Assembly (NCBI GenBank): GCA_964252075.1
Contig: CAXULY010000020.1
Coordinates: 26,776 to 90,775 of the forward strand
DNA from: an uncultured Deinococcaceae bacterium
GTDB taxonomy: Bacteria; Deinococcota; Deinococci; Deinococcales; Deinococcaceae
DNA: 64,000 bases
Direction of reading: 5' to 3'
Below, piece by piece: positions 27,949 to 39,862 of the stretch (position 1 is its first letter; each line of letters starts with the position of its first letter). The translations under genes were made by a program, and so were the position numbers. The notes below the pieces were generated by a model. The model saw only the letters and a list, made by a program, of their open reading frames with translations, did no database searches and was not told the DNA's origin.

Positions 27949-28786
27949 GCGCACCGCTTGAGCGCTGCCCATCGTGAGGAAAAGGGCGGTGAACGAGGGA
28001 ACGAAGGGGCCTGCTGATGGTCTTCGTGCTGGGTGCGACGGGACCTCGCGCCTGCCCAGCCATCCGTGAGCACCACAGTTGTCCAGAGGAAGGCGCGGGG
28101 AGAACCAATCCGCGTGCTGGATGACCGGAATGGGGCATCGGTGGCCGGGAGCGCGGCTGCGCTTCTCCCAGATCGGTCAGGTCATCGACATCGGCCAGCC
28201 AGGGGTTGAACCTCCACCGCCTGTTCGCCGTGCGGCCCCGACACCCGAACGTCGCCTGTGACGGCAAGGACGCGGACGACCCAGCCTTGAACCCCGGGAC
28301 GCGCTCCTGGCGTCCCGGGGCACTCAGCGGCGCAGGGGACGAAAGAACGACCCGAGGCTGTGTGCTCACGGTGGGGCAGTGGCTTGAGCGGCTTTGACCG
28401 CCCTCCATCGCCATAACCTCTCCGAACGCCAGTGGTCCCAACTCCAGCCACTCCTTCCAGCCTGCTCAGACGGACGGGCTCGCCGCGTTCTCGGCCTTCC
28501 GGCGGCAGGCAAAGGCCCACCTGCGCCGCGCTCAGGCCGCCCAGCGGTTCGCCACCGGCCTTGACGGGACCCAGGAGGGGCTCGACGTGCTCGTCTGCAC
28601 ACCCGTCCGGCCGCCCCTGGTCCTTCACTGACCCCCTCCCCTCCCCGACCCGTCTCCGCTTCGCGTGCGGATGGTGTGGCGCCCCCAACGCACTGAAGCA
28701 TGAAGCAGCCCGGGTCCCCGTGGCGACTCCATCAAGACGCTGCGGTGACCAAAGCGCTCGTGGCGCGCACTGACATCAGCAGCCCG

Positions 28787-29338
28787 TCACGCCTCGCCGG
28801 TCCGAGCTGACCGGCGCAGGCGGTCCAGGGCGCGCTCTGCCGTCGCTGCGACCCGCGCGTCCTCATCGTTCAGCGTGACCGTGAGGGAGTCCAGGATGAG
28901 GTCGCTGGGTTCAGACCGTGCGAGCGCCCGCGCGGCGGCGTCCCGCACCCGCCACTGTTCATCCTGCAGCGCACGCAGCACCAGGGCCGTGTCCGTCGGT
29001 CGACCCGCAAGGGCACGCACACAGATCATCCGCACGCGCCACATGGGCGCGTGCATCTCGGCGCGGAGAAACGCAAAGCGCCGTTCATCGGGCAGGCTGG
29101 CGATGGCGTGCGCCGCACGGATCTGGCCCCAGGGGTTCAATGTGACAGCATAGGCGTCTTGCAGCACCTCCAGCACCTGCGGTTCGGCGCACCCTTCCAG
29201 TGCGTTGATGGACCGCACCAGCGCGCTCAAGACCTCCTTGGGTGCGTGTCCTGATGCTTCCAGCGCCAGAGCCGCCCGTACAGCCGCCACCCGTTGGGGG
29301 TAGGTGCCAGGCGGTAGAGCGGTCGGCCGCCGTTTCAT
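28787..29338 (-). CDS. HEAT/PBS-lyase repeat protein
   Basis: Repeated WRVR..ALA and ALQDEQWRVRDAAARAL. Confidence 0.75.
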   Translation of the reverse strand: MKRRPTALPPGTYPQRVAAVRAALALEASGHAPKEVLSALVRSINALEGCAEPQVLEVLQDAYAVTLNPWGQIRAAHAIASLPDERRFAFLRAEMHAPMWRVRMICVRALAGRPTDTALVLRALQDEQWRVRDAAARALARSEPSDLILDSLTVTLNDEDARVAATAERALDRLRRSARTGEA

Positions 29339-29798
29339 GCCGTCACCTTAACGCACGGACCCATCCGTCGAGGACCAGCCCGCGGTGATCTGCACCAAGA
29401 TGCCGGGTGGGTTTCGCGTGTGCGCAGTGCACGGTCTGATGGGCGTCGATCACGCACCTCCCGTGAGGGTGGGGCAGCCCACCCCCACACGTGTACAACC
29501 ACATCCATCCCGAGCAGGACCCGCTGGACGCCCACGGCGCCAGCGTGCTGTGCGGCGCGGACCGTCCGCTTGCGGCCAGCGTTGACGGCGAAGCGTTCTG
29601 TCGAACCACCGGACTCTGGCCGCAGCACCCGCAGCAGACTGCCACGCGCAGCTGTTGACGCAACACCCACCACCTCACGTGGAGTGGGGCGGGAAGGACG
29701 GCGCACGCCGACCAGCGGTGGGTGGCGTACGCGCCCAGGGCCGCGCCCACGAAGAATCCCAGCCACAGCCCCACCTGCAGCCAGAGCCCGATGCTTCC

Positions 29799-30946
<1,148 letters not shown>

Positions 30947-31073
30947 GTCTACACTCCTCGTCCTGCAGCGCAGGCACAGGGGAAACGCAGGTGGGCGGTC
31001 GCGGATGGAGCCGAGGCGGTCAGCATGGAGATTGGCCGCTGCTGCGTCATTGGAAGCGCGTCAGCGTCCGGGC

Positions 31074-31589
31074 TCAACCTGAAGCGTCTGTCCCTGATGA
31101 TTGGCGGGAGAGCAGTCGGACCAGGTTGTCCAGCTCGTTCTCACGGCCCACGATGAGCCGCTGTGTCCACTCCTCGTCGTGCATCGGCTCCATCACCTCC
31201 ACAATGCGGGTGCCGGATGGCGTCGCCTGGAACTCGATGGTGGTGTCGGCCTCGTATGGAGCGTGGCCAGGCACGAAATCGAACACAGAGGCATACTTCA
31301 ACCGGTGCGGCGCGTCCACTTCAAGGAAACGTTTGCGGGATGCGTTCGCCAGCGGCATCCCGGAGTCCTGCATGAAGGCGATCTGTGCAGGCGCGGTGGC
31401 GGTCATGGTGTACCACAGGTCGCCGCCCGGGTGTACATCCAGTTTCTGGACGGTGACGGTGAACCCCTCAGGGGCCCACCACGACGCGATGCCTGCTGCG
31501 GTGGTCCAGAGGTCCCAGACCTGCTGTGGGGTTGCGCCCACCGTGCGCTCCAGGGTGATCAAGGGTGCTCGCGGGTGTGGGTCGTTCAT
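31074..31589 (-). CDS. SRPBCC/AHSA1 domain protein
   Basis: VWDLWTTAAGIASWWAPEGF, LDVHPGG; GGAGGA RBS before ATG 31589. Confidence 0.85.
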   Translation of the reverse strand: MNDPHPRAPLITLERTVGATPQQVWDLWTTAAGIASWWAPEGFTVTVQKLDVHPGGDLWYTMTATAPAQIAFMQDSGMPLANASRKRFLEVDAPHRLKYASVFDFVPGHAPYEADTTIEFQATPSGTRIVEVMEPMHDEEWTQRLIVGRENELDNLVRLLSRQSSGTDASG

Positions 31590-32033
31590 GCGTGTCCTCC
31601 AAAACAGACGCGAGGGTGGTTGGTGTTCGGGTCGGGGTGGACGAGGTCCGGTTGGACCGCTGCTCAATAGAAGACCACCACCTGCGCGCCTTGGCCCGGT
31701 CAGGCGAGCGACGCCGCGCTGAACGGCTTGCGGCTGAGCCCCGTGTTCATGGCGGTGCAGTGGTCGTTCCAAAGCGGGACTCATGACCGCGAATGTCCCC
31801 ATGCGGCTTGGGCAGCCAGCGCTCAAGGGTCGCCCCGCACTTGTCCGCGCGAGAATCGAAGATCAACCTGGCTGTGGTCCGCGATGATGCTGAGGGAAGG
31901 CCGGCGCAAAGGGCTGAAGCAGCCGAACCCCTTGTCCCACTGGGCCGCCCACGTGCGTCTGCAGGCGCAAGGGTGCGGCAGAGATGCGCGGCTTCACCGT
32001 CCCAAAGAGGGCGCTCAAGTGGGTGCTGAGCCC

Positions 32034-32618
32034 TCATTTCACCATTCGGTACCGCAGGTGGATGGCGCTGGGGGTGTCCAGCACCTGAACGGTCTCCAGG
32101 GGGATGTGATTCCGTTCGAGGTGATCGAACAGCCGCGTGCCGGCCCCAAGGAGCACCGGCACCAGTTGCAGCTGAATGTCGTCCACCAGGCCCGCCTGGA
32201 GGTACTGCTGGCCGATGTTGGCACCGCCCATGATGCTGATCTCTTTGCTGCCCGCCGCCATCCGCGCCTGCCTCAGGGCCTCCTCGATGCCACCGGTCAC
32301 GAAGGTGTACACCCCGCCTTCCGGGCGTGTGTCCGGCGCGCGGTGCGTGACGACAAAGACGGGCCTGCGCGCGGCACCGGTGGGGCCGTCCGCGCCCCAT
32401 CCGGGCAGTGAGGTGTCGTACGTCCTGCGTCCACAGATGACCGACCCCAACCGGTCAATGGATTCCGTCAGGAACCGACGGTTGATGCCCTGTTCACCGC
32501 CTTGGATCCACTGGTGAAGCACCAGTCCGTCGTCGCCCATCGGCGCCTCAGGGCGGGGGTTGGCGCCCGAGATGAAGCCGTCCAGCGACATGGACATCAC
32601 CAAAATCACTCCAGCCAT
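32034..32618 (-). CDS. Dihydrofolate reductase-like (RibD_C) protein
   Basis: MSMSLDGF, GRRTY, VFVVTH, GGANI, VPVLLGAGTRLF; GAGGAGG RBS. Confidence 0.9.
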   Translation of the reverse strand: MAGVILVMSMSLDGFISGANPRPEAPMGDDGLVLHQWIQGGEQGINRRFLTESIDRLGSVICGRRTYDTSLPGWGADGPTGAARRPVFVVTHRAPDTRPEGGVYTFVTGGIEEALRQARMAAGSKEISIMGGANIGQQYLQAGLVDDIQLQLVPVLLGAGTRLFDHLERNHIPLETVQVLDTPSAIHLRYRMVK

Positions 32619-32813
32619 CGTCCGTTCCTCCTCGAATTGTTCATCTGCCGACCGGCCCAAATCGGTTGAAGGCGTCCGCAGCACCATGGACTGGTACCCT
32701 TTGTCCTCATATGGCACACCTGACCCCCTGGCCCACTTGTCCAGTGGCGCCTTGCTTTCAACGTCCTGTTCTAGGGTGGTACACGACCCCGCACGGGCAG
32801 GCAGCGCAGGACC

Positions 32814-32845
32814 ACGGTAGAACCTTGACGCTGGGTGAAGGTCAA
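32814..32845 (-). promoter_or_regulatory. MerR-type long-spacer promoter/operator
   Basis: TTGACC-20 nt-TACCGT on minus strand with dyad ACCTTGAC/GTGAAGGT between hexamers. Confidence 0.7.
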
Positions 32846-32883
32846 GTGCGGGCGTTCCCCGCCCATCCAGGGTGGTCGCGACG

Positions 32884-33711
32884 TCAGGCCAGGTAGAACT
32901 GCACCTCGGTTCTGAACTGCTCGGGCTCATGACTCTGGGGCGGTCCAAAGGTGTAGATCTCGCGGGTCCGCCCTCCGTGCTGAAGTCCCTGACCCACCAA
33001 CCACCCCGCGATCTTCCGGTACACCTGGAAGAGTGGCTGGTACGGACCGGTGTGCACCGCGTAGGCGACCGTTCCGGCCGGGAGGACCCGCGACGGAACG
33101 TGGTGGTGCTCGAGGACCGCCGCCACCGGCACGCACACGTCGAACGCCCACCGTGCCGTCAGATCAATCTCCTCGTCCGGCGCGTATTGCCCATCGCTGA
33201 CGCTGGCGCTGAATCCTGGCCCGGTGGCGGCGAGGCCCAGACGGTGAAGCGCGCCGGACAGCTCATCGAACGCATGCGCGCGCACGGCCTCGATCTGCGA
33301 AATGGCTGTGCACCGCCGCAGGGAGAGGACCGGCTGTTCAGGAACGGCCTTAAGCGCCACTGGATAGGCGTCAATGTCACGGACGTGCAGGGTCGTGAGG
33401 GTCTCCAGGGCGGCTTGCGACGCGCGCATTTGCGCCTCGATGCGCCGGCGGTGCTGCAGGAGCGCGCGGTGCTCGGTCGCGGCCTGGGCGTGGTCCAGCA
33501 CGAGGCGGATCTCGTCGAGTGGGAGGCCGACGCTGCGCAGGAGGCGGATGCGTTCGGCCAGGCGGGCCTGCTCCAGGGCGTAGTAGCGGTAGCCGGTCTC
33601 GCTGCTGATCACCTCCGGGCGCAGGAGGCCCTCACGGGCGTAGAGGCGAAGGGCGCGGGGGGTCAGGCCCGTGAGGCGCGCGAACACCCCGATGGTCAGG
33701 CGCTGAGGCAT
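32884..33711 (-). CDS. MerR-family regulator with GyrI-like effector domain (BmrR-like)
   Basis: TIGVFARLTGLTPRALRLY..GYRYY; HTGPY..REIY. Confidence 0.9.
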   Translation of the reverse strand: MPQRLTIGVFARLTGLTPRALRLYAREGLLRPEVISSETGYRYYALEQARLAERIRLLRSVGLPLDEIRLVLDHAQAATEHRALLQHRRRIEAQMRASQAALETLTTLHVRDIDAYPVALKAVPEQPVLSLRRCTAISQIEAVRAHAFDELSGALHRLGLAATGPGFSASVSDGQYAPDEEIDLTARWAFDVCVPVAAVLEHHHVPSRVLPAGTVAYAVHTGPYQPLFQVYRKIAGWLVGQGLQHGGRTREIYTFGPPQSHEPEQFRTEVQFYLA

Positions 33712-34076
33712 CGTGGCGTCCTCGTCATCGGCCTCCCGGGTCCTGAGGGGCGGCGCCTCGGATGAAGGTTCGGGCGGGCGAACCGTTCAGCCCGGCACAG
33801 GAGCCGTACGGACCTAGTTCTTTGGCGGTCCGATTTCGTCGCATCAAGGATTCCTTTCAGTAGGCGCCCGGCATGGCAGGCGATGAAGGCCGGCCCGATC
33901 GAGCGGTGGGGCGACTACCCTGCACGTCCGGCCAAATGTAGGGGCATTCCGGCACCCATCATGATGCTGTCCCTGACGCGAAGGTCCCCCAGGCCTCGTC
34001 GAGTTGTGGTGGCCCCTGGCACAGCGAACGGCAAACCGCGCGAGCTGCCACTTCCGACAGAACGGCCTGCCAGGCC

Positions 34077-34511
34077 TTATGGGCGGAGGGTGCGGAACAC
34101 GTCACGGATCCTGCGCTGGCTGAGGAGCAGCGCGACGCCCAGCACCAGCACGCCGACGAGCCCCTGCTCCCACTTCATCCACAGCGGGTACCCGGTGTCC
34201 GGCGCGATGATGATCAGCACGATGCCGATCGGAATGATGAGGCTCAGGACCCTCAAGCGGCGGTAGGCGCCGCGGTGCCCGCGCTGGGCCTGCCCAAGCA
34301 GCGTGGGGAACCATAGGGACGCGGCGGCCACCGCAGCACCGCGCAGCCACACCACCCAGTTCACCTCGCGGGCGTCACCGCGCAGCAGGAAGGCCGCGAT
34401 GAGGGTGGCGACCGACAGCGCGGTGAGGGCGATGAGCAGCATGCGCGCGGTCCGGAAGCGGTGCTGCACGTCCGGCTGTGACAGGGCCGTGGGGGTGGTG
34501 GGCTGGCTCAT
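34077..34511 (-). CDS. Small 4-TM membrane protein
   Basis: Four hydrophobic helices; ATGA-coupled to TetR gene. Confidence 0.75.
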   Translation of the reverse strand: MSQPTTPTALSQPDVQHRFRTARMLLIALTALSVATLIAAFLLRGDAREVNWVVWLRGAAVAAASLWFPTLLGQAQRGHRGAYRRLRVLSLIIPIGIVLIIIAPDTGYPLWMKWEQGLVGVLVLGVALLLSQRRIRDVFRTLRP

Positions 34512-35131
34512 GCTTCACCTTTCTGGACTCGGGTGGCGCGGTCGAAGAGCGCGACGAGTTCCTCGGCGTGGGCGTTCAAGTCGAGGTGTGGTTCGTGGGC
34601 CATGCGGGCGACGGTGGCATCGATGGCGGCGCGGACGGTGAAGGCCATCACGGTGGGATCGAAGTGGCCGAATTCGCCGTGCGCCTGTCCCTGTCTAAAG
34701 AGTTGGGCGAGGAGGTCCTCGGTGTGCTGAGCGCTGGCGGTGCCCGTCCAGTCCTCGTGCGGCTGCGTGAGGATTTCCTGCAGGGCGCGGGTGGCGGCGG
34801 GGTGCTCGGCGAGGAAGCGCAGGTTGGCGCGGATGTACGCCGCGAGTTGGCCGCGCAGGGTGGATTCGGCGTGGATGAGCGGGCCCATGTAAGCGCCGGC
34901 CTGCTCGATGACGTGCTTGAGGATGCTTGTCATCAGGTCCTGCTTGCCGGCGAAGTGGTAGGAGATGAGGCGGGTGCTGCTGAGGCGCGCCTGCTCGCGG
35001 ATGCGCGCGAAGCTTGTGCCGCCGTAGCCGTGTTCGGCGAGGACCTGGATGGCGGTGTGCATGATCTGCGCCCGTCGCGCGGCGTTGGTGACGGTGGGGT
35101 CCGGGGGCGTCACCGCATTCTTTACTCGCAC
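34508..35131 (-). CDS. TetR-family regulator
   Basis: AARRAQI, TSFARI..SSTRLISYHF; upstream TTGACA-17-TAATTT (35167-35139). Confidence 0.9.
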   Translation of the reverse strand: MRVKNAVTPPDPTVTNAARRAQIMHTAIQVLAEHGYGGTSFARIREQARLSSTRLISYHFAGKQDLMTSILKHVIEQAGAYMGPLIHAESTLRGQLAAYIRANLRFLAEHPAATRALQEILTQPHEDWTGTASAQHTEDLLAQLFRQGQAHGEFGHFDPTVMAFTVRAAIDATVARMAHEPHLDLNAHAEELVALFDRATRVQKGEA

Positions 35132-35228
35132 AAGTCATAAATTACTCGTTTAGGTAATTCTTGTCAATCAGGTCGGCGGCCGGTGAAGGCCAGCTCCACC
35201 CATGATCCCTCTCGGGCTCCCTGCTCCT

Positions 35229-36818
35229 TTACGGCAGCGAAACGAAGTCAACCGGCGTCGAGTCGCGACCGACCGGCGCCCCAAACCACCGCGTCAGGGC
35301 CTCGGCGAGCCCAGCGTGGGACCCGTCCCCCACCCACGCGACGTACCCATCCGGGCGCACCAGCACGGCGCTCGGGGCCTCGACCCGGCCGACGACCGGC
35401 AGCGCCCACGGTCCGGGGCACCGCGCGTGGACCAGCCGAACCCGCTCCCCCCACGGAGAGACATCCACGCCCATCACGCCCTCAAGGTTCAGCAGGACCG
35501 GCCGCGCGTCGTGCAGCAGCGTGAAGACCCGCAGCGGCCCGCCTGCCGTGACGAGCTCGAGGTCCGGCATGCGGCGGCCCAGCAGCGGGTGCCCCTCACC
35601 CAGGTCGTATCGAATCGCCAGTCCGGACAGCTCGGCGCCCAGGTATCGGCGCCCCTCATTCAGGGTGAGCAGGTCCGCCACGGTCTCCTGGACGGCCTTC
35701 GTCCGCTCGTCCGGGCGGGCCAGCGCCACCATCGCCATGGTGTGGCGCAGGGCGCGCGCCGCCACCCGGTGGCGCTCCGCCTGATAGGTGTCCAGCAGCC
35801 GTTCGGGCGATGTCCCCTTCACCACCTGGGCAAGCTTCCAGCCCAGGTTCACCGCGTCCTGCACGCCCAGGTTGAGGCCCTGCCCGCCGTTCGGCGCGTG
35901 CACGTGCGCCGCGTCGCCCGCCAGCAGCACCCGCCCCTGGCGGTACGCCGCGGCCTGCCGGGTGGCGTCCGTGAACCTCGAGATCCAGGTGGGGCTGTGC
36001 ACGCCGTAATCCGTCCCGCAGGCCGCGACGAGCGCCTCGCGAAGGTCGTCCAGGGTGGGTTCGCCGGCCGTCTTCACGTGCGGCTCGGTGACCATCACCC
36101 CGATCGGTCCCTCGTCCCTGAACACCACCTTCCCATCCCGGATGTCGTACCCCTCGCGACCGAAGGCGTGCGTGCCGAAGGCGTTGCGGTGCACGCCCAG
36201 TTCCGGCGTTTCGGTCATCTCGACGTCCGCGATGAGGCTGCTGCTGGTGGCGTCCCAGCCGGGGAAGTCGATGCCCGCCACCTTGCGCACGAGGCTGCGG
36301 CCCCCGTCGCAGCCCACCAGGTACCGCGCGCGCAGCGTCTGCCCGCTGGTCAACTCGACGTCCACGCCCGCGTCGTCCTGAACGAAGCCTGTCACCTCCG
36401 CGCCGTGGTGGATCGGGACGACCAGCTCGTGGACCCAGGCGGCGAGGAGGCGCTCAATGTGCTTCTGCCGGAGTCCGAGGCCGTACGGGTGCCGGGTGGG
36501 GACGTCGCTCAGGTCGAGCCGCACGCCCGCGAAGCCAGTGTTCTGCACCACCTGCCCTTCCGCGAGGAAGCGGTCCGCGAGGCCGCGCTGATCGAGCACC
36601 TCGAGGGTGCGCGCGTGCAGCCCGCCGGCGCGGTGCCCCAGGAGGGTCTGGTCCGCACGCCGCTCGATGATCGCCACGTCCACGCCCGCCAGCGCCAGTT
36701 CCCCCGCCAGCATCAGTCCGGTGGGGCCGCCGCCCGCGATGATCACCGCGTGGCCGGTCACGGCCGTCCCCCGGTGCCCGGTGCTGGGCGTTCGTCCGCT
36801 TGCACCTGTGGATTCCAT
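35229..36818 (-). CDS. Group A FAD monooxygenase, rifamycin monooxygenase (Rox)-like clade
   Basis: GGGPTG, LVGCDGGRS, GDAAHVH..GGQGLNLGVQDAVNLGWKLA, YDLGEGHPLLGRR, RPDGYVAW..WFG; RAE-like element upstream. Confidence 0.85.
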   Translation of the reverse strand: MESTGASGRTPSTGHRGTAVTGHAVIIAGGGPTGLMLAGELALAGVDVAIIERRADQTLLGHRAGGLHARTLEVLDQRGLADRFLAEGQVVQNTGFAGVRLDLSDVPTRHPYGLGLRQKHIERLLAAWVHELVVPIHHGAEVTGFVQDDAGVDVELTSGQTLRARYLVGCDGGRSLVRKVAGIDFPGWDATSSSLIADVEMTETPELGVHRNAFGTHAFGREGYDIRDGKVVFRDEGPIGVMVTEPHVKTAGEPTLDDLREALVAACGTDYGVHSPTWISRFTDATRQAAAYRQGRVLLAGDAAHVHAPNGGQGLNLGVQDAVNLGWKLAQVVKGTSPERLLDTYQAERHRVAARALRHTMAMVALARPDERTKAVQETVADLLTLNEGRRYLGAELSGLAIRYDLGEGHPLLGRRMPDLELVTAGGPLRVFTLLHDARPVLLNLEGVMGVDVSPWGERVRLVHARCPGPWALPVVGRVEAPSAVLVRPDGYVAWVGDGSHAGLAEALTRWFGAPVGRDSTPVDFVSLP

Positions 36819-36894
36819 CCGAATGTCCTGGTCGATGAGCGACCTCCGCTTCCGTGGTAGGGCGCTCAGGCAGCCGTTCTGCCTGAGGACAGCG

Positions 36895-36947
36895 AGTGTA
36901 CGCGGCGCCCCCCGCCTTGCGACAAGCCCCCCGACCGGCACTACACT
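36895..36947. promoter_or_regulatory. RAE-like 19-bp inverted repeat with symmetric divergent promoter hexamers
   Basis: Minus strand 36930-36912 = GGGGCTTGTCGCAAGGCGG; TACACT on each strand 19 nt downstream of the TTG hexamers. Confidence 0.75.
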
Positions 36948-36971
36948 ATGGGTGGGGGGATGCCGCTCGCA

Positions 36972-37853
36972 CTAGAAGCGGTGGACGGGATCAGGCACGG
37001 CCGGCTCGATGTCCGAGCGTGACCTCAGCTCCACGTACTGGTCGTCACCCACCTGCCGCCATTGCGCCTCCTGCAGGCGTTGCGCGGTGATGGCCGCGAT
37101 GGTCCCCGGGGTCATGCTGGACAGCGCCTTGAACTCCTTGATCAGGTGCGCCTGATCGAAAAAACCCAGCTGGTACGTCAACTCCGCGACCGGGATGTTC
37201 GGGTCCGCGCGAATGCGCGTCATGGCCTCGTCGAAACGCACCACCCGCGCGAGCGTCTTGGCGCCCACCCCGACCTGCTGCGCGAACTGACGCTCCAGGG
37301 TGCGCGCGCTGACGTTCAGCGACTCGGCGAGCTCCGCGACCCGCACCACGCCGGACGCCTGATAGATCTGCTGGGCCGCGTGCAGGCCCGCGCCCGGTTC
37401 GTCCTGCACGCCAGCGCGCGCGAGCAGGTGCGCTTCCAGCGCGGCCCGCGCGGCGTCCCACTCCCTCAGCCGCAGCAGCGCGACCACCTCGCGGCCCCAG
37501 GCGCTGGCGCTGAGCGCCTCGTTCAGCGCCTCGGGTGGCGCTTGCGCATGCCAGCCGAGCAGCTGTCGAGCGCCCCACGGGTACAGGTCCGCCGCCAGGG
37601 CGCGCTGCTGGCCCTGCACCACCATGCGCTGGGCGCCCAGGGTGAATGGCGTGAGGATCACGGAAGGGGCGGGGCGCAGCGCGTCGAGGGTCGCCCCGAC
37701 GAGCACCGGCTCGGCCGAGAACATGAGGCGGAGGGTGCGCTCGGGGAGGTCGTAGTTGAGCTCCGGCCCGGCGAGATGGAAATCCTCGTACTCCCAGTAC
37801 CCCCGCACCTGATCCCGCAGGCGGACGTCGGGGTCGTGGTACCGGAAACGCAT
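36972..37853 (-). CDS. AraC-family regulator (DUF6597-like N-terminus)
   Basis: SARTLERQF..VGAKTLARVVRF..GFFDQAHLIKEF. Confidence 0.9.
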   Translation of the reverse strand: MRFRYHDPDVRLRDQVRGYWEYEDFHLAGPELNYDLPERTLRLMFSAEPVLVGATLDALRPAPSVILTPFTLGAQRMVVQGQQRALAADLYPWGARQLLGWHAQAPPEALNEALSASAWGREVVALLRLREWDAARAALEAHLLARAGVQDEPGAGLHAAQQIYQASGVVRVAELAESLNVSARTLERQFAQQVGVGAKTLARVVRFDEAMTRIRADPNIPVAELTYQLGFFDQAHLIKEFKALSSMTPGTIAAITAQRLQEAQWRQVGDDQYVELRSRSDIEPAVPDPVHRF

Positions 37854-37899
37854 GCCTTCACTTTGACAGGCCACACCCACCACCACTGCGACGCCCGCA

Positions 37900-38680
37900 T
37901 GCTCGGCAGGGCACGCCACCACCGCTGGTTCCATCGGGACCACCTTCAACGAGCCCTGCGCGCTGTTCAGCGCCGGGAGCGTCGACCTCGACCTGCAGGT
38001 TGACCCCAGCGGACGGGTGATCGTGGGTGTGACCGGCCCGGCCGGCACATTCGTGATCTCCGCCGACGCATCCGATCGCCAGCGCGCACCTCGCGAGTGA
38101 CTGGGGGCAGGTGTCCGCGCCGGGAGGCGGGGCACCCGCGCTGGAGGTGCGCATGAACGGCGTGACGGACAGTCTCCCCTGGCGCTGCCGCATCACGCTG
38201 AACGCGCAGGGCGACCCGGGCGGCCTGCACAAAACGCACGTCCTGCCGTCCAGCTTCGACCCCGCGCAGGACTCGCCGAGCGAAGCGCAGAGCGGTGCCC
38301 TCACGGTAGGCGCAGCGGTCACGCAAGGCAGCGGCCCTGCGGAAGCCGAGTCCCGCCTGGTGGGGCAGGTGGCGCACCACCGAGCGGCGCGGCCCACCGG
38401 ATGGGAGGTCAGCGCGTCAGTCGCGGGGCCCGGCCACCCGCCCTGGGTGAGCACACCTTCTTCATCCAGCCCGTGCCCGCGAACTTCACCAGCGGGCGGG
38501 CTCTGTCGCGACTGCGCGACGCCGATGGCAACACGCAGGAACGCGCTGACCAGACGGCGACTGGTGGGAACAACCCGCCCTCCTGGCCGGTCCACAACGG
38601 GTTCTTCGTGGGCATGTCAGACGATGGCCCGTCGGGGCGCGCTGAGCGCGCCCCGACGGACTTCGTGAGTGGAGTCACGG
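37900..38680 (+). pseudogene. Multiply frameshifted remnant of a probable secreted beta-rich protein
   Basis: Protein-like segments in three successive frames (SVDLDLQVDPSGRV.., LEVRMNGVTDSLPW.., TFFIQPVPANF..). Confidence 0.3.
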
Positions 38681-38740
38681 CTGCGCGACGTGGTGGCCGT
38701 GCGGCGCATCGGCGCGGTCTGAGTCACCAGACGGCTGCGC

Positions 38741-39592
38741 TCAGTCGGCCGTGGCGACCGTCACCTCCACCCCCAGGGCCCGCAATTCGCCCAGCACGTA
38801 CGCCAGAACGGCCTGCTCCAGCGCGGTCGGGTAGGCGTACCCGACGGTGTCCGCGATCCGCGGTCCGTGGCGGCGGACCAGCGCGACGAGCCGCAGGTGC
38901 GCGTCCACCACCGTCTGCGTGGACAGATCAGGGAGCGCGAGCGCCGCCTCAATGGCCTGGTGTGCCTCGACGTCCAGGAACGCGTTGAGGTGCTTCACGC
39001 CTCGATCCCGCGGTCGCCCGGACCCGGCGATCAGCAGCTCCGTCACCAGTCCCACCTCCACCGCCAGCCCCTGAACGGCCACGATGCGCTCCTCACGGCC
39101 GATGACGGAGGGCAACAAAGCGACGCACCGCCAGAACTCCCGCGTCTGAGCCAGCACCTGCGGCGCTTGCACGGCGGGCGGTGGTGCGGCGGGCGTGACG
39201 CGAATGAGTGCCCCTGGGCGTTCGGTCAGCACGCGCACGTGGCCGACCTCGACCTGGGCCTGCGCACCGCCGTGCGGCCACACGTCGATCCTGAGGCCAT
39301 CCAGCGTGAGGGCGTTGAGCATGGCGCCCCCGAACAGGGCGTTGAACAGCACCAGCGGGCGGAGCGCCGACAGCCAGCCCTCCGCGCCGTCCGGGAAGGC
39401 TGGCAGGGCGTCCTCTTCGACGAGGACGTGCAGGTCCAGGTCGGAGTAGCGGTCGGCCGTGCCGCGTCCAAGGCTGCCTTCGAGCCACGCCGCGCGAACG
39501 TGCCGGTGGGCGTGCAGCGAGGCCGTGAGTCCATCAATGAAGGCGTCCCGCTGGCGCTCGAAATCGTCCCGCTGTGGGGGCTGGAGGGGCAT
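38741..39592 (-). CDS. Pol-beta-type nucleotidyltransferase domain protein (LinB/AadK-like architecture)
   Basis: WLEGSLGRGTADRYSDLDL motif, third Asp in RIDV, helical C-terminus; TACGGT 6 nt upstream (leaderless). Confidence 0.8.
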   Translation of the reverse strand: MPLQPPQRDDFERQRDAFIDGLTASLHAHRHVRAAWLEGSLGRGTADRYSDLDLHVLVEEDALPAFPDGAEGWLSALRPLVLFNALFGGAMLNALTLDGLRIDVWPHGGAQAQVEVGHVRVLTERPGALIRVTPAAPPPAVQAPQVLAQTREFWRCVALLPSVIGREERIVAVQGLAVEVGLVTELLIAGSGRPRDRGVKHLNAFLDVEAHQAIEAALALPDLSTQTVVDAHLRLVALVRRHGPRIADTVGYAYPTALEQAVLAYVLGELRALGVEVTVATAD

Positions 39593-39862
39593 GGGTGTAC
39601 CGTACCGCCACACGGGAGGGACCGCCACAGCTGCTTCAGCCGACGGGTTCAGCGTTGGGCCTTCAATTGCGATGAAGCCGTTTACGCTGCGGGCGGTTGC
39701 CAGGACCAACGCGGATGCACACCACTCAGTGGCCAGGCGTGCGGGTCACGCCTGGCCGGAGGTCTGATGAAGGACGCTCGACTGCTCGCATTCTACACCG
39801 CCGCCCTGGGCGGCACCGACATCACCCAGCAGGAGGGCTCTGCGCCTGCGTGGGTAAGGAGG

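Noticed and set aside
33820..33930. TGGCGGTCCG/TGGCAGGCG segments as reverse-strand tRNA ends
   Set aside because: No T-loop or pairing arms could be built
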